A DNA stretch of 64,000 nt from Candidatus Allocopromorpha excrementavium (GTDB taxonomy: Bacteria; Bacillota; Clostridia; Peptostreptococcales; Anaerovoracaceae). The notes below the pieces were generated by a model. It was not told the origin of the DNA. It did not search any database and saw only the letters and a program-made list of their open reading frames with translations. Location of the stretch: positions 235 to 64,234 of the forward strand of contig DVLX01000026.1 of NCBI GenBank assembly GCA_018715265.1, written 5' to 3'. Below, piece after piece: positions 53,961 through 62,991 of the stretch (position 1 is its first letter; each line of letters starts with the position of its first letter). A program made the translations under genes and the position numbers.

Positions 53961-54070
53961 TTCTTTCACCTCCCTGTGGACTTAATGGCGGCAGGCCTTT
54001 CCTGCCGCAAGGACAATACGCATTAAATTTACACGCCTATATATTATACATTATTTCACCGTTATTTCAA
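53961..54070 (-). promoter_or_regulatory. rpsF promoter and 5' leader with a conserved-looking hairpin
   Basis: On the minus strand: TTGAAA (54070-54065), 16-nt spacer, TATAAT (54048-54043). An 8-bp hairpin GCGGCAGG / CCTGCCGC (53988-54008) lies just upstream of the RBS. Confidence 0.4.
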
Positions 54071-54126
54071 GGCTTTTTTGTGATATGAGCTGCCGGATCT
54101 TTGATGCACGCAGATTTTATCCACTA

Positions 54127-55608
54127 TTACCACCTCTGCCGGATACTTTCTCCTTCCTGTATCTTCCTCTTTAATTTCTTCATCTCCGGTATTATAAAGC
54201 AGGCAACTATGACCGCCGAGCTGATGTCGGCTATAGGCGCAGAATAAAGTATTCCATCAAGTCCCATGAACAGCGGGAGTATCAATATGAGCGGAATCAG
54301 AAGCGTCAGCTGACGCAGAGACGAAAGTATTGATGCTTTAAGCGGCTGCCCTGTAGCCTGGAAATAACTGGTCGATACGATCTGAAACCCCGCACAGAAT
54401 ATACCAAACAGATATATCCTGAGACATTCTACCGCAAACTCGCTGAACTGCGGACTTTCATTGCCGAATATATGTATTATCTGTTCAGGGAAAATCTGAC
54501 ATATCAGCCATCCCGCCACCACAAGCGCCGACGCAAAGCTTACTGCCATCGTATATGTCTTTTTTATTCTGTCAAATTTCTGCGCTCCTCTGTTATATCC
54601 GAGTATCGGCTGCGCTCCTATACCTATACCTATACCGAACGATCCGAGTATCATCGCTATTTTCATCACTATTCCCATAGCTCCCAGCGCCACGTCTCCG
54701 GTTATCGGCGAACGGTCACCGTAATATATAAGAGAATTATTCATGACTATCTGCATTATGCAAGCCACCGACTGGGTGATAGCTGAAGATATACCAAGCT
54801 GGAGAAAATTTTTCACAAGCCTGAAATTCAATCTGAGATATTCTTTTTTTATCCTCATATGATCCGGCCTGTTTTTTGACGGTCTTAAAAAATAAGTTAC
54901 CAATATGACTGCCGAAAGTATCTGCGAGGTTATCGTCGCTATCGCAGATCCCCTTACTCCCATATCCAGCACGAATATGTATATAGGATTCAGTATAGTA
55001 TTGAGGATCGCCCCTATGAGCATCCCCCACATCGAAAGACGCGGATTGCCGTCAGTCCTCACCAGATTCGCCATGGAAATAGAAACGAGATAGAAAGGAG
55101 ATCCTATAAGTATGACCGTAACATAATCAACAGCATAAGGCATTACAGACTCCGTGGCTCCAAAAAGTAAAAGTATCGGTCTGAGAAATATCAGTCCCGC
55201 CACCATCAGAATCACTCCTACTATTACAGTAAGACACAGCGCATTATTGAGAGCTCTTTCTGCAGATTTCTTCTTCCTTTCACCAAGCCTTATAGCTGCG
55301 TACGCACTGGCGCCGGAGCCGATGAGCGTTCCGAACGCAAGCAGTATAGTCATAACCGGGAAAGCAACAGTCGTAGCCGCATTTCCCAGATATCCAACTC
55401 CTTGTCCTATAAATATCTGGTCAACTATATTATATATCGAGCTTATAAGTCCGGTTATTATTGCAGGTACTGAAAAAGTCAGGAGCAGCTTTCCCAAAGG
55501 CTGTACTCCCAACGGATTTTCATAATATTTTTTATTCCTTATTTCATCTGTTCTCTCCGCAGACTCCTTTTCTATCGTCTCCGATGCCTCCGACTGTTCA
55601 TTCATCAT
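54127..55608 (-). CDS. MATE-family efflux transporter
   Basis: About 12 TM helices with MATE-like motifs (PAIITGLISSIYNIVDQIFIG). Start taken at ATGATG (55608), preceded by GGAGAAAGAAGG. Confidence 0.85.
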   Translation of the reverse strand: MMNEQSEASETIEKESAERTDEIRNKKYYENPLGVQPLGKLLLTFSVPAIITGLISSIYNIVDQIFIGQGVGYLGNAATTVAFPVMTILLAFGTLIGSGASAYAAIRLGERKKKSAERALNNALCLTVIVGVILMVAGLIFLRPILLLFGATESVMPYAVDYVTVILIGSPFYLVSISMANLVRTDGNPRLSMWGMLIGAILNTILNPIYIFVLDMGVRGSAIATITSQILSAVILVTYFLRPSKNRPDHMRIKKEYLRLNFRLVKNFLQLGISSAITQSVACIMQIVMNNSLIYYGDRSPITGDVALGAMGIVMKIAMILGSFGIGIGIGAQPILGYNRGAQKFDRIKKTYTMAVSFASALVVAGWLICQIFPEQIIHIFGNESPQFSEFAVECLRIYLFGIFCAGFQIVSTSYFQATGQPLKASILSSLRQLTLLIPLILILPLFMGLDGILYSAPIADISSAVIVACFIIPEMKKLKRKIQEGESIRQRW

Positions 55609-55649
55609 ATAAAACCTTCTTTCTCCATGTATTGTATTCTGCGAAAATC

Positions 55650-55685
55650 TAATTAAAATAAACACCCCGGCAATCGCCAAGGTGC
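55650..55685 (-). terminator. Candidate terminator after the alcohol dehydrogenase gene
   Basis: On the minus strand: CACCUUGGC / GCCGGGGUG 9-bp stem with two G-U pairs and a 4-nt loop, followed by TTTATTTTAATT. Confidence 0.4.
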
Positions 55686-55762
55686 TTTAGGTCTGAAATT
55701 CAGCAGCTTTCACCGATATCGGCGAAAGCTATATTTTATTATGGCACAATTGAGGAGCAAAC

Positions 55763-56935
55763 TCAAGATGCGCGAGCTATTTTCACAAAAACTTCATTTT
55801 CAGGTTCTTCATCATATATGGAAAGAAGAATTTCTTTTACCTGTTCAGGTGAAATATCCACAGGATTATTATCCATCCTGCCCTTAGTAAAGGTTCCTGC
55901 TACTATGTCATCTATCCCCTCTTTCGGTATACCGAAATATTTCAGTCTCAATTTGACAATATCCCCGCAGGTATCATCTATCCATCTGCGCAGTCCGCCA
56001 TATTTATCGAACACTTCGAAAAGATCATCTGCAAGCTCTGTTTTCTCTCTGTTTATCTTCGATACTGCATCCAGTGTCAGGGCGCATGCAAATCCGTGCT
56101 CCAGACCGTATTTCATGGTTATAGGATAGCCGATGGAATGACACGCAGTAGTTCTCGTTTTTGCAAAGGCCATTCCGGAAAGAAGCGCCGCCCTGCTCAT
56201 CGCCGTCCTGAGTTTGATATCACCAGGATTTTTCATGACTTCCGGCAGATATTTCATTATCATATCTATAGCTCTGAGGGCTACGTCCTTTACCACATAT
56301 GTTGTCGGCTTCGCCCAGTAAGCTTCGACTGCATGAGACAGTGCATCAAGTCCTGTGGACAGCGTCTGCCTCTTAGGCAGTGTAAGGGTCAGTTCCGGTA
56401 TGATATAAGCTTTTTTTGCATAGTTGAAAGATGTATCTACAGAATATTTAGCCTGGTTCTTCATATCCCATATAGTGGCAAACTGCGTCATCTCAGATCC
56501 TGTTCCCGCCGTTGACGGTACTGCCGTTATATCTATGAATCTGTGCGGCTTTTTGTATTCTCCGGATTTCAAATTCTCAAGGATATCTTCTTCCGTCACA
56601 ACTTTCCCTCGATACATATAACAAAATGCACTTACAGCTTTACTGATATCTATCGTGCTGCCCCCGCCTATAGCCAGGATACCTTCCGCTTCAAAATCCC
56701 CTACTTTTTCAAGAGCTTTTACAACTTCCGCCGGCGTCGGATTTGCCTTGCATTCATCTATCCACACAGCATTTTTTTCTTCTATCTGTTCCTCTATAAT
56801 ATCTGTCAATCCCCAAACGTCTGCCGTATAGGCATCGCAGACTATGATCTTCTTTTTCTTCTCCTTCGCAGCTTCCTTCAGCGTCTGCATATCTCCGAAA
56901 GAAATATCTATCGAACAAAACGGATTGTAACTCAT
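55763..56935 (-). CDS. Iron-containing (group III) alcohol dehydrogenase family protein
   Basis: ILAIGGGSTIDISKA glycine motif and histidine-rich metal-site segments (LDALSHAVEAYW ... TTACHSIGYP). Confidence 0.8.
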   Translation of the reverse strand: MSYNPFCSIDISFGDMQTLKEAAKEKKKKIIVCDAYTADVWGLTDIIEEQIEEKNAVWIDECKANPTPAEVVKALEKVGDFEAEGILAIGGGSTIDISKAVSAFCYMYRGKVVTEEDILENLKSGEYKKPHRFIDITAVPSTAGTGSEMTQFATIWDMKNQAKYSVDTSFNYAKKAYIIPELTLTLPKRQTLSTGLDALSHAVEAYWAKPTTYVVKDVALRAIDMIMKYLPEVMKNPGDIKLRTAMSRAALLSGMAFAKTRTTACHSIGYPITMKYGLEHGFACALTLDAVSKINREKTELADDLFEVFDKYGGLRRWIDDTCGDIVKLRLKYFGIPKEGIDDIVAGTFTKGRMDNNPVDISPEQVKEILLSIYDEEPENEVFVKIARAS

Positions 56936-57174
56936 AATTTTCTCTCCTTTCCTCTTGTTCTCTCTGCTTTTTTAGTTTTCTTTTTAGTCTCACTGTTCTC
57001 CTTTGTTAACCATATTAAAACATACTTTTTGCAGGTTTTCAATATATTTTTCTGTTTTTTTGAATATTTTGCTGTATTTATTTTATTTTTTGCTTTATTA
57101 TATTCGGTTTTTGTGCAAAAATGGTGTAAAAAGGGAAAAAATAAAAAGAGCACATGCTCATCCTATATAATACA

Positions 57175-57205
57175 ATTTAAAAAAGCGAGTTTGATAAAAC
57201 TCGCT
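57175..57205 (-). terminator. Intrinsic terminator after the second DeoR gene
   Basis: On the minus strand: AGCGAGTT / AACTCGCT 8-bp stem followed by TTTTTTAAA. Confidence 0.55.
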
Positions 57206-57295
57206 TCCTCTCTCATCTTTCCCGCATATATCACATTTCTCTCATATACCGCATTATGTAAATCAGCCGGACCTATGTCCACAGCCTCCTGCACA

Positions 57296-58072
57296 TCAAG
57301 CTGTTTTCTGAGGACGAAGAACTTCTATGCCGGCAGCCGCGTACTCCCTGACCTTTTCATCTGATATACTGCCGTCGCTCAATATCACGTCAACATTTTC
57401 CATACCGCATATGGTCATACACGCAGGCTTTCCAAACTTGCTGCTGTCAGCAGCTATCACGATTTTCTGCGATATCTCCATCATTTTCCTGAACACATCC
57501 ACCTGATTGAGCCTGAAATCACTCAGACCCTTTTCAAGGGATACACTGTTCACAGACAAGATCCCCACATCAGCATTGTATTTACTGAGCTCTTCTTCGC
57601 ATCTCTCCCCATAAACGGCGTTTTCCTCGATATCGATCAGTCCGCCCGGTATTATTATGCGAAAATCCTCTTTATGAGAAAAGATCCTTACTATATCCAG
57701 ATCATTGGTAATAATGATAAGCCTGTTGTAATTGACCGCCATGAACTTAGCTATTTCCACCGTTGTGCTGCCGCTCCCCATCGCTACAGTCTGCCCTTCC
57801 GATACAATATCTGCCGCAAGCTTCGCCAGCTCCGTTTTTTCCCGGCTGTGCACATTGAGACGCATCTCATATACATGTCTTTCCAGGTTTTCGTTCCTGG
57901 ACACCGCTCCCCCTCGCACACGCGTAAGCACGCCGTAGCCTTCAAGGGTCTCCAGATCTCTTCTCACAGTATCCACCGATACATGGTTCAGCTTTGCGAT
58001 CTCATTTATCTTGGCTGTACCGTTTACTTTAAGAAATTCTATTATATTGGTAAATCGTTCTTCACGCAGCAT
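57296..58072 (-). CDS. DeoR/GlpR-family transcriptional regulator (paralogue 2)
   Basis: HTH (REERFTNIIEFLKVNGTAKINEIAKLNHVSVDTVRRDL) and a sugar-phosphate-binding C-terminal domain (ADSSKFGK). The ATG at 58072 follows GGAGG. Confidence 0.85.
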   Translation of the reverse strand: MLREERFTNIIEFLKVNGTAKINEIAKLNHVSVDTVRRDLETLEGYGVLTRVRGGAVSRNENLERHVYEMRLNVHSREKTELAKLAADIVSEGQTVAMGSGSTTVEIAKFMAVNYNRLIIITNDLDIVRIFSHKEDFRIIIPGGLIDIEENAVYGERCEEELSKYNADVGILSVNSVSLEKGLSDFRLNQVDVFRKMMEISQKIVIAADSSKFGKPACMTICGMENVDVILSDGSISDEKVREYAAAGIEVLRPQKTA

Positions 58073-58094
58073 TTTTCCTCCTACCGGCGCATGA

Positions 58095-58880
58095 TCAGAT
58101 CTGCGCCGCATACTCACCGGGCATGATTATCTCAACACCATGTTTTTTATATTTTGCGAACACTTCGCTGTCCATGGAAGAATCGGTCAAAAAACAGGAT
58201 ATTGATCTTATAGGACATACATTTATATGAGCGACACGCTCGAACTTGCTGCTGTCGGCCACAGCTACTGCTTTTTCGGCATTTCCTATCATCGCATTGA
58301 TTATGCCGCTTTCTTCCATCCTGAAATCGGTTATACCTTTTTTCAAGGAAATGCTGTTTACCGAAAGCACTGCTATATCAGCGTTGTACATCGCCACATC
58401 CTGCTCCACCTGCTTGCCTATAACTGTGTTTTCAGGCTCATAATACACTCCGCCTGCCAGGATCAGCTGAAACTCCTTCTTTCGCCTGCACATATCGAGC
58501 ACTGTAAGATTATTGGATATTATCGTGAGCCTGCTGTAAGTTTCCGCTAAAAATCCGGCGGCCTCAACATTGGTGGTCCCTCCGTTCATGAACACTGCCT
58601 GCCCGTTTTTTACTATCCTCGAAAGGCTTTTTACAAGTTCCTGCTTTTTCTCTCTGTTTATAATATCCCTGACCTGGGAATCTCCGCGGGTCAGGTCGCC
58701 CTTTTTCCATACAGCTCCGCCCCTTACAAGGCTTATGATCTTCCTTTTATCAAGCTCCGCAAGATCCTTTCTTACAGTGTTTTCCGAAACCCCGGCCACC
58801 TCAGCGATCTGCGGAAACCTTGCGCTGCCCTTTTCTTTAAGATATTCGATTATTTTTATAAAGCGTTCTTCCTGCAACAT
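58095..58880 (-). CDS. DeoR/GlpR-family transcriptional regulator (paralogue 1)
   Basis: HTH (QEERFIKIIEYLKEKGSARFPQIAEVAGVSENTVRKDL) and a C-terminal domain (ADSSKFER). The ATG at 58880 is preceded by GAGAGG. Confidence 0.85.
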   Translation of the reverse strand: MLQEERFIKIIEYLKEKGSARFPQIAEVAGVSENTVRKDLAELDKRKIISLVRGGAVWKKGDLTRGDSQVRDIINREKKQELVKSLSRIVKNGQAVFMNGGTTNVEAAGFLAETYSRLTIISNNLTVLDMCRRKKEFQLILAGGVYYEPENTVIGKQVEQDVAMYNADIAVLSVNSISLKKGITDFRMEESGIINAMIGNAEKAVAVADSSKFERVAHINVCPIRSISCFLTDSSMDSEVFAKYKKHGVEIIMPGEYAAQI

Positions 58881-58942
58881 ATACTGTTTTCCTCTCAACA
58901 TCAATCGTGCTGTCAGCATGATTTTACGGCGATCGCTGCGAA

Positions 58943-59533
58943 TTACTGCATACCCGGCACTTGCAGCCCTCCGAGAAGCTGCGTCATCAATTCATCGCTT
59001 ACTACTATATTCCAGCCATAATTGCCGTTATCTATCATCGGTATGAAAACCGTCTTTTCACCTGTCGCCTCCTGGGATGCGGCAGATTCTATCTGCTGGA
59101 CGTATATATCGAGACATTCCGCATTGAGCGCATCTTTGTCAGCTATGCTGTCTGTATACAGATTTTCCATCACATAGGAGTAGGATGCCGAATCATAAGC
59201 GCTCAGCACACCGCTGAAATCGTTGCAGTTTATCGTCACCTTCGCAACAGCTACGTCGTTTTTCTCTCCTATATCGGCTACTTCATAAGAAAAATTTCTG
59301 AAAAGAGCTTCGTTCATCCTGTTTACCACCGCTTCATCACCCTGGACGTTGCTCAGAAAATTTATATATGTATTGTCCATATGCTTTGCCATGACCTGCT
59401 GATCCTGAGTCCTCAGCCCCTCGAGAAAATCCTGCACAGCCGCTTCAGGAGTCGTGGAAACAACGCTGGAAACTCCCATCTGCATTACAAGCGCTATTAT
59501 TATTGTAAATATTTCTTTCAGTATGAACTGCAT
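58943..59533 (-). CDS. Hypothetical secreted or membrane-anchored protein
   Basis: N-terminal hydrophobic signal/anchor (IFTIIIALVMQMGVSSVVS). No motif I recognise. Confidence 0.45.
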   Translation of the reverse strand: MQFILKEIFTIIIALVMQMGVSSVVSTTPEAAVQDFLEGLRTQDQQVMAKHMDNTYINFLSNVQGDEAVVNRMNEALFRNFSYEVADIGEKNDVAVAKVTINCNDFSGVLSAYDSASYSYVMENLYTDSIADKDALNAECLDIYVQQIESAASQEATGEKTVFIPMIDNGNYGWNIVVSDELMTQLLGGLQVPGMQ

Positions 59534-59624
59534 TTACAGTTTCTTCCCTCCACTGTTGTATTTTTTGTCTACATTCTTTATAATATATTGAAAACCGTTA
59601 TTTTTCAAGCAAAAGAGGTTATTT

Positions 59625-60350
59625 ATGGACAACGCGGAATATCTTCGTGTACTGAACGAAAAACCAAAATTCTTCTCAAAAAAGGCCGCGATTCTCACGG
59701 CATCGGGAATCATCCTGTCCGCCGTGCTTTTCATCGCAGGCTTTTTCATAATAATAAACGATATAGACAGCGCCGCAGCTGCGGCAGATAAAACTCTCCA
59801 AAAGGAAAAATCAGCAGCAGCCTCAGACGTGGATATCTCAAATGCGCTGAGGACTTCCACTGTAGATAAGGTCATCGAAAACGAATCTATACCGGCATAC
59901 AGTGAATCCCAGATCAGAAGTCTCGACGTAAGCAAGCCAAGCGGAGTCACTTTATCCGATCTGAAGCTCGTCACCCGTGGAAATCTCAAAGGACTTGAAA
60001 GCGCTTTTCTCAAAGCTGAGGAAGACTACGGCATCAACTGCCTCTTTGTCATGGCTATAGCTTCCCACGAAAGCGCTGACGGGACTATTTGCTTCCGTCC
60101 AAACAATATGTTCGGCTACGGAAGCAGCGGATTCTCATCAAAGGCAGAGGGCATAGACGTTGTATCAAAAGCCCTTGCACAGCGGTATCTTTCACCGAGC
60201 GGCTCACTTTACAGCGGCAAGACTATCTCCGATGTAAACAAACGCTATGCCAGCAGCACTACATGGGACGACAAAGTCGCCGCAAAGATGACAAGCTACT
60301 ATTCGACTATAAGCAAAAATCACAACGCCGCTTTGGAAAAGCTGAAATAA
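59625..60350 (+). CDS. Membrane-anchored glucosaminidase-domain (mannosyl-glycoprotein endo-beta-N-acetylglucosaminidase-like) protein
   Basis: N-terminal TM helix, then LESAFLKAEEDYGINCLFVMAIASHESADG ... NMFGYG, resembling the PF01832-type domain. Confidence 0.65.
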   Translation: MDNAEYLRVLNEKPKFFSKKAAILTASGIILSAVLFIAGFFIIINDIDSAAAAADKTLQKEKSAAASDVDISNALRTSTVDKVIENESIPAYSESQIRSLDVSKPSGVTLSDLKLVTRGNLKGLESAFLKAEEDYGINCLFVMAIASHESADGTICFRPNNMFGYGSSGFSSKAEGIDVVSKALAQRYLSPSGSLYSGKTISDVNKRYASSTTWDDKVAAKMTSYYSTISKNHNAALEKLK

Positions 60351-60383
60351 CACAAGAGCCATATAAAACAAACAAAAAATTAA

Positions 60384-60428
60384 AAAACTCTATGCACACG
60401 ATAAACTTCCTGCATAGAGTTTTTTCTT
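60384..60428 (+). terminator. Intrinsic terminator after the glucosaminidase gene
   Basis: 11-bp perfect stem AACTCTATGCA / TGCATAGAGTT followed by TTTTTCTT. Confidence 0.65.
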
Positions 60429-60429
60429 C

Positions 60430-60484
60430 TTGACAATACTTTTCCTCCAAATTATAATATAACAGTGATATATAACACTGTTAT
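60430..60484 (+). promoter_or_regulatory. Consensus sigma-A promoter with an overlapping TetR-type palindromic operator
   Basis: TTGACA (60430-60435), 17-nt spacer, TATAAT (60453-60458). A perfect 9-bp inverted repeat ATAACAGTG-N8-CACTGTTAT (60459-60484) follows immediately. Confidence 0.55.
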
Positions 60485-60520
60485 AAGGAGGTATATACTA
60501 TAAACGAAAATTCGACGACT

Positions 60521-61114
60521 TTGGAGCGCATCCATCGGGCAGCAAAATCAGAATTCCTGCAAAAAGGCTATAAGGATGCTTCTCTGCGGAATATCGTCAA
60601 ATCAGTAGGCATGACTACCGGAGCATTTTACGGCTATTACAGGAGCAAAGAGGACCTGTTTGATGCATTGGTAAGCGAGCATTATGAATATATCATCACA
60701 TGTTTCAAAAATGCGCAGCAGGAGTTCGCTGATCTGCCGCATGAACAGCAGCCTGAAGCTATGAGTGAAATATCAGGACTCTGCATGTACGATATGCTGC
60801 ACTATGCTTATGAACATCTGGAAGAGTGCAAGCTCATTCTCTGCTGTTCAGAAGGAACAAAATTTTCCGGTCTCGTCGATGAAATGGTAGAGATCGAAGT
60901 TGCAGCAACTCACGCTTATCAAAAAGTCCTCAAGGAACTTGGCCGACCTTCTCCGAAGATCGATCCTGCTTTGGAACACATACTGACCACAGGCATGTTT
61001 CATACTTTTTTTGAACTGATCATACACGAGATGCCGCTGAAGAATGCAGAAAACTATGTGAAAGAAATGCGCGCTTTTTATACAGCCGGATGGATGAAAA
61101 TTATGGGGCAGTAA
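60521..61114 (+). CDS. TetR/AcrR-family transcriptional regulator
   Basis: The N-terminal HTH (ERIHRAAKSEFLQKGYKDASLRNIVKSVGMTTGAFYGYYRSKEDLF) is typical of TetR. The 5' end is uncertain: the TTG at 60521 has no RBS, and AAGGAGG at 60485-60491 points to about 60500. Confidence 0.8.
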   Translation: MERIHRAAKSEFLQKGYKDASLRNIVKSVGMTTGAFYGYYRSKEDLFDALVSEHYEYIITCFKNAQQEFADLPHEQQPEAMSEISGLCMYDMLHYAYEHLEECKLILCCSEGTKFSGLVDEMVEIEVAATHAYQKVLKELGRPSPKIDPALEHILTTGMFHTFFELIIHEMPLKNAENYVKEMRAFYTAGWMKIMGQ

Positions 61115-61217
61115 AGCCCTGTAATTTTTGCCCTTTGGTTAGTTTTTACTAACTTGTTTATGGGTTTTTCGTATATACCTATCCGTATTATAAGTCTATA
61201 GAAAAGGAGGAATTTTT

Positions 61218-62987
61218 TTGAAAAAACAATCTAATCTGTCACGTCTGCTCCAAATTGCAGGCAACCATAAATACTTTCTCTATGCTTCATGGGGTCTTTC
61301 AGCGATAAGCGCTCTCATAGCCCTGATCCCTTTTTATTATATTTGGAAAGTTATTCAGGAAGTATTGAAGACCGCACCGGATTTCAGTCAGGCGCAAAAT
61401 TTGACATACAACGGCTGGATGGCGGTTATATTCTCTGTCATCGCTGTACTTATCTACATAGCGGGACTGATGTGTTCCCACAAAGGAGCTTTTCGCATTG
61501 CTACCAACTTAAGATTGCAGACTATGGAGCATATCGTGAAACTGCCTCTTGGTTTTGCAGAAAATTTCGGCAGCGGCAGACTGCGCAAGATCGTCAATGA
61601 ATCCAGCGCCGCCACCGAAACCTATCTTGCCCATCAGCTTCCCGATCGCGCCAATGCAGTCGCTACACCGTGCGGACTTTTGATATTACTTCTTGCTTTC
61701 GACTGGCGGCTCGGACTTTTGAGCCTTATCCCTGTCGCTGCAGGGTTTCTCATAATGATGACAATGACCGGACAGCGTATGCAGCAAAAAATGAAAGAAT
61801 ATCAAAATGCACTTGATGATATGTCAAACGAGGCTGTCGAATATGTTCGAGGCATACCGGTAGTCAAAACCTTTGGACAAACCATCTTTTCTTTCAAAAA
61901 ATTCAAAGACTCTATCGACCGCTATAAAATATGGGTGATCGCTTATACCAAACAACTGCGGACTCCTATGATGTTTTATACCGCCGCCATCAACGGAGTT
62001 TTCACAACATTGATCGCAGGCGGACTGCTGTTTACCAAAAACGGTGTAACGGAAGAATTTCTTCTGGATCTGATTTTCTATATTATCATTACCCCGATCA
62101 TCTCTGTTACATTGACTCGCATCATGTTCCAAAGTGAAAATGCCATGATAGTGAACGATGCTTTGCAGAGGATCGACAGTGTTTTGAATTTAAAACCGCT
62201 TACGGAAACAACAGAATCAAATCATCCTAAAGATGCTTCTGTAGAGCTGAATAATATCCATTTCAGCTACGACGGTAAAACCGAAGTGCTGAAGGGTATC
62301 TCTCTTTCCATCCCCCAGGGACAGACCATAGCATTTGTCGGACCATCCGGCGGCGGCAAAACCACTCTTGCCAATCTTATCCCCCGCTTCTTCGATCCTC
62401 AAACAGGTACTGTAAAAATAGGCGGAGTAAATGTAAAGGAAATCGCCAAAGAAGAACTTATGAACACTGTTTCTTTCGTATTCCAAAACAGTCATCTTAT
62501 CAAGGCATCTGTCCTGGAAAATGTCCGCATGGGCAGACCTGACGCATCCAGAGAAGAAGTCCTGTATGCGCTTCACAATGCTCAATGCGATGATATTGTT
62601 GAGAAGCTTCCAAAGGGCGTGGACACTGTTATAGGCACAAAGGGGATCTACCTTTCCGGAGGCGAACAGCAGCGAATCGCCATAGCTCGCGTCATGCTGA
62701 AAAACACACCTATCATTATTTTAGATGAAGCGACAGCTTTTGCTGATCCGGACAACGAAACCCGTATGCAGGCAGCCTTTTCAAAACTTTCCGAAGGAAA
62801 AACAGTCATAATGATCGCTCACCGTCTTTCCACGGTGATGGGAGCAGATAAGATCTATGTCGTTCGCGAAGGGCAGATCGCTGAAAGCGGCACAGGCAAT
62901 GAACTGCTGAATCAGCACGGGCTCTTCCATCATATGTGGCAAAACTATCAGACTTCCATTCAATGGAAGGTTGCAAAGGAGGTATAA
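61218..62987 (+). CDS. ABC exporter, fused permease/ATPase (MDR-type half transporter)
   Basis: Six-TM domain, Walker A (GPSGGGKTT), signature (LSGGEQQR) and Walker B (IIILDEAT). TTG start lies 7 nt after AAGGAGG. Confidence 0.9.
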   Translation: MKKQSNLSRLLQIAGNHKYFLYASWGLSAISALIALIPFYYIWKVIQEVLKTAPDFSQAQNLTYNGWMAVIFSVIAVLIYIAGLMCSHKGAFRIATNLRLQTMEHIVKLPLGFAENFGSGRLRKIVNESSAATETYLAHQLPDRANAVATPCGLLILLLAFDWRLGLLSLIPVAAGFLIMMTMTGQRMQQKMKEYQNALDDMSNEAVEYVRGIPVVKTFGQTIFSFKKFKDSIDRYKIWVIAYTKQLRTPMMFYTAAINGVFTTLIAGGLLFTKNGVTEEFLLDLIFYIIITPIISVTLTRIMFQSENAMIVNDALQRIDSVLNLKPLTETTESNHPKDASVELNNIHFSYDGKTEVLKGISLSIPQGQTIAFVGPSGGGKTTLANLIPRFFDPQTGTVKIGGVNVKEIAKEELMNTVSFVFQNSHLIKASVLENVRMGRPDASREEVLYALHNAQCDDIVEKLPKGVDTVIGTKGIYLSGGEQQRIAIARVMLKNTPIIILDEATAFADPDNETRMQAAFSKLSEGKTVIMIAHRLSTVMGADKIYVVREGQIAESGTGNELLNQHGLFHHMWQNYQTSIQWKVAKEV

Positions 62988-62991
62988 CAGA

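Noticed and set aside
56543-57364. 273-aa plus-strand ORF and a 73-aa K-rich minus-strand ORF (56932-57153) in and around the region upstream of the alcohol dehydrogenase gene.
   Set aside because: The region is AT-rich promoter/leader and antisense sequence. The compositions are low-complexity, and there is no RBS or recognisable domain.
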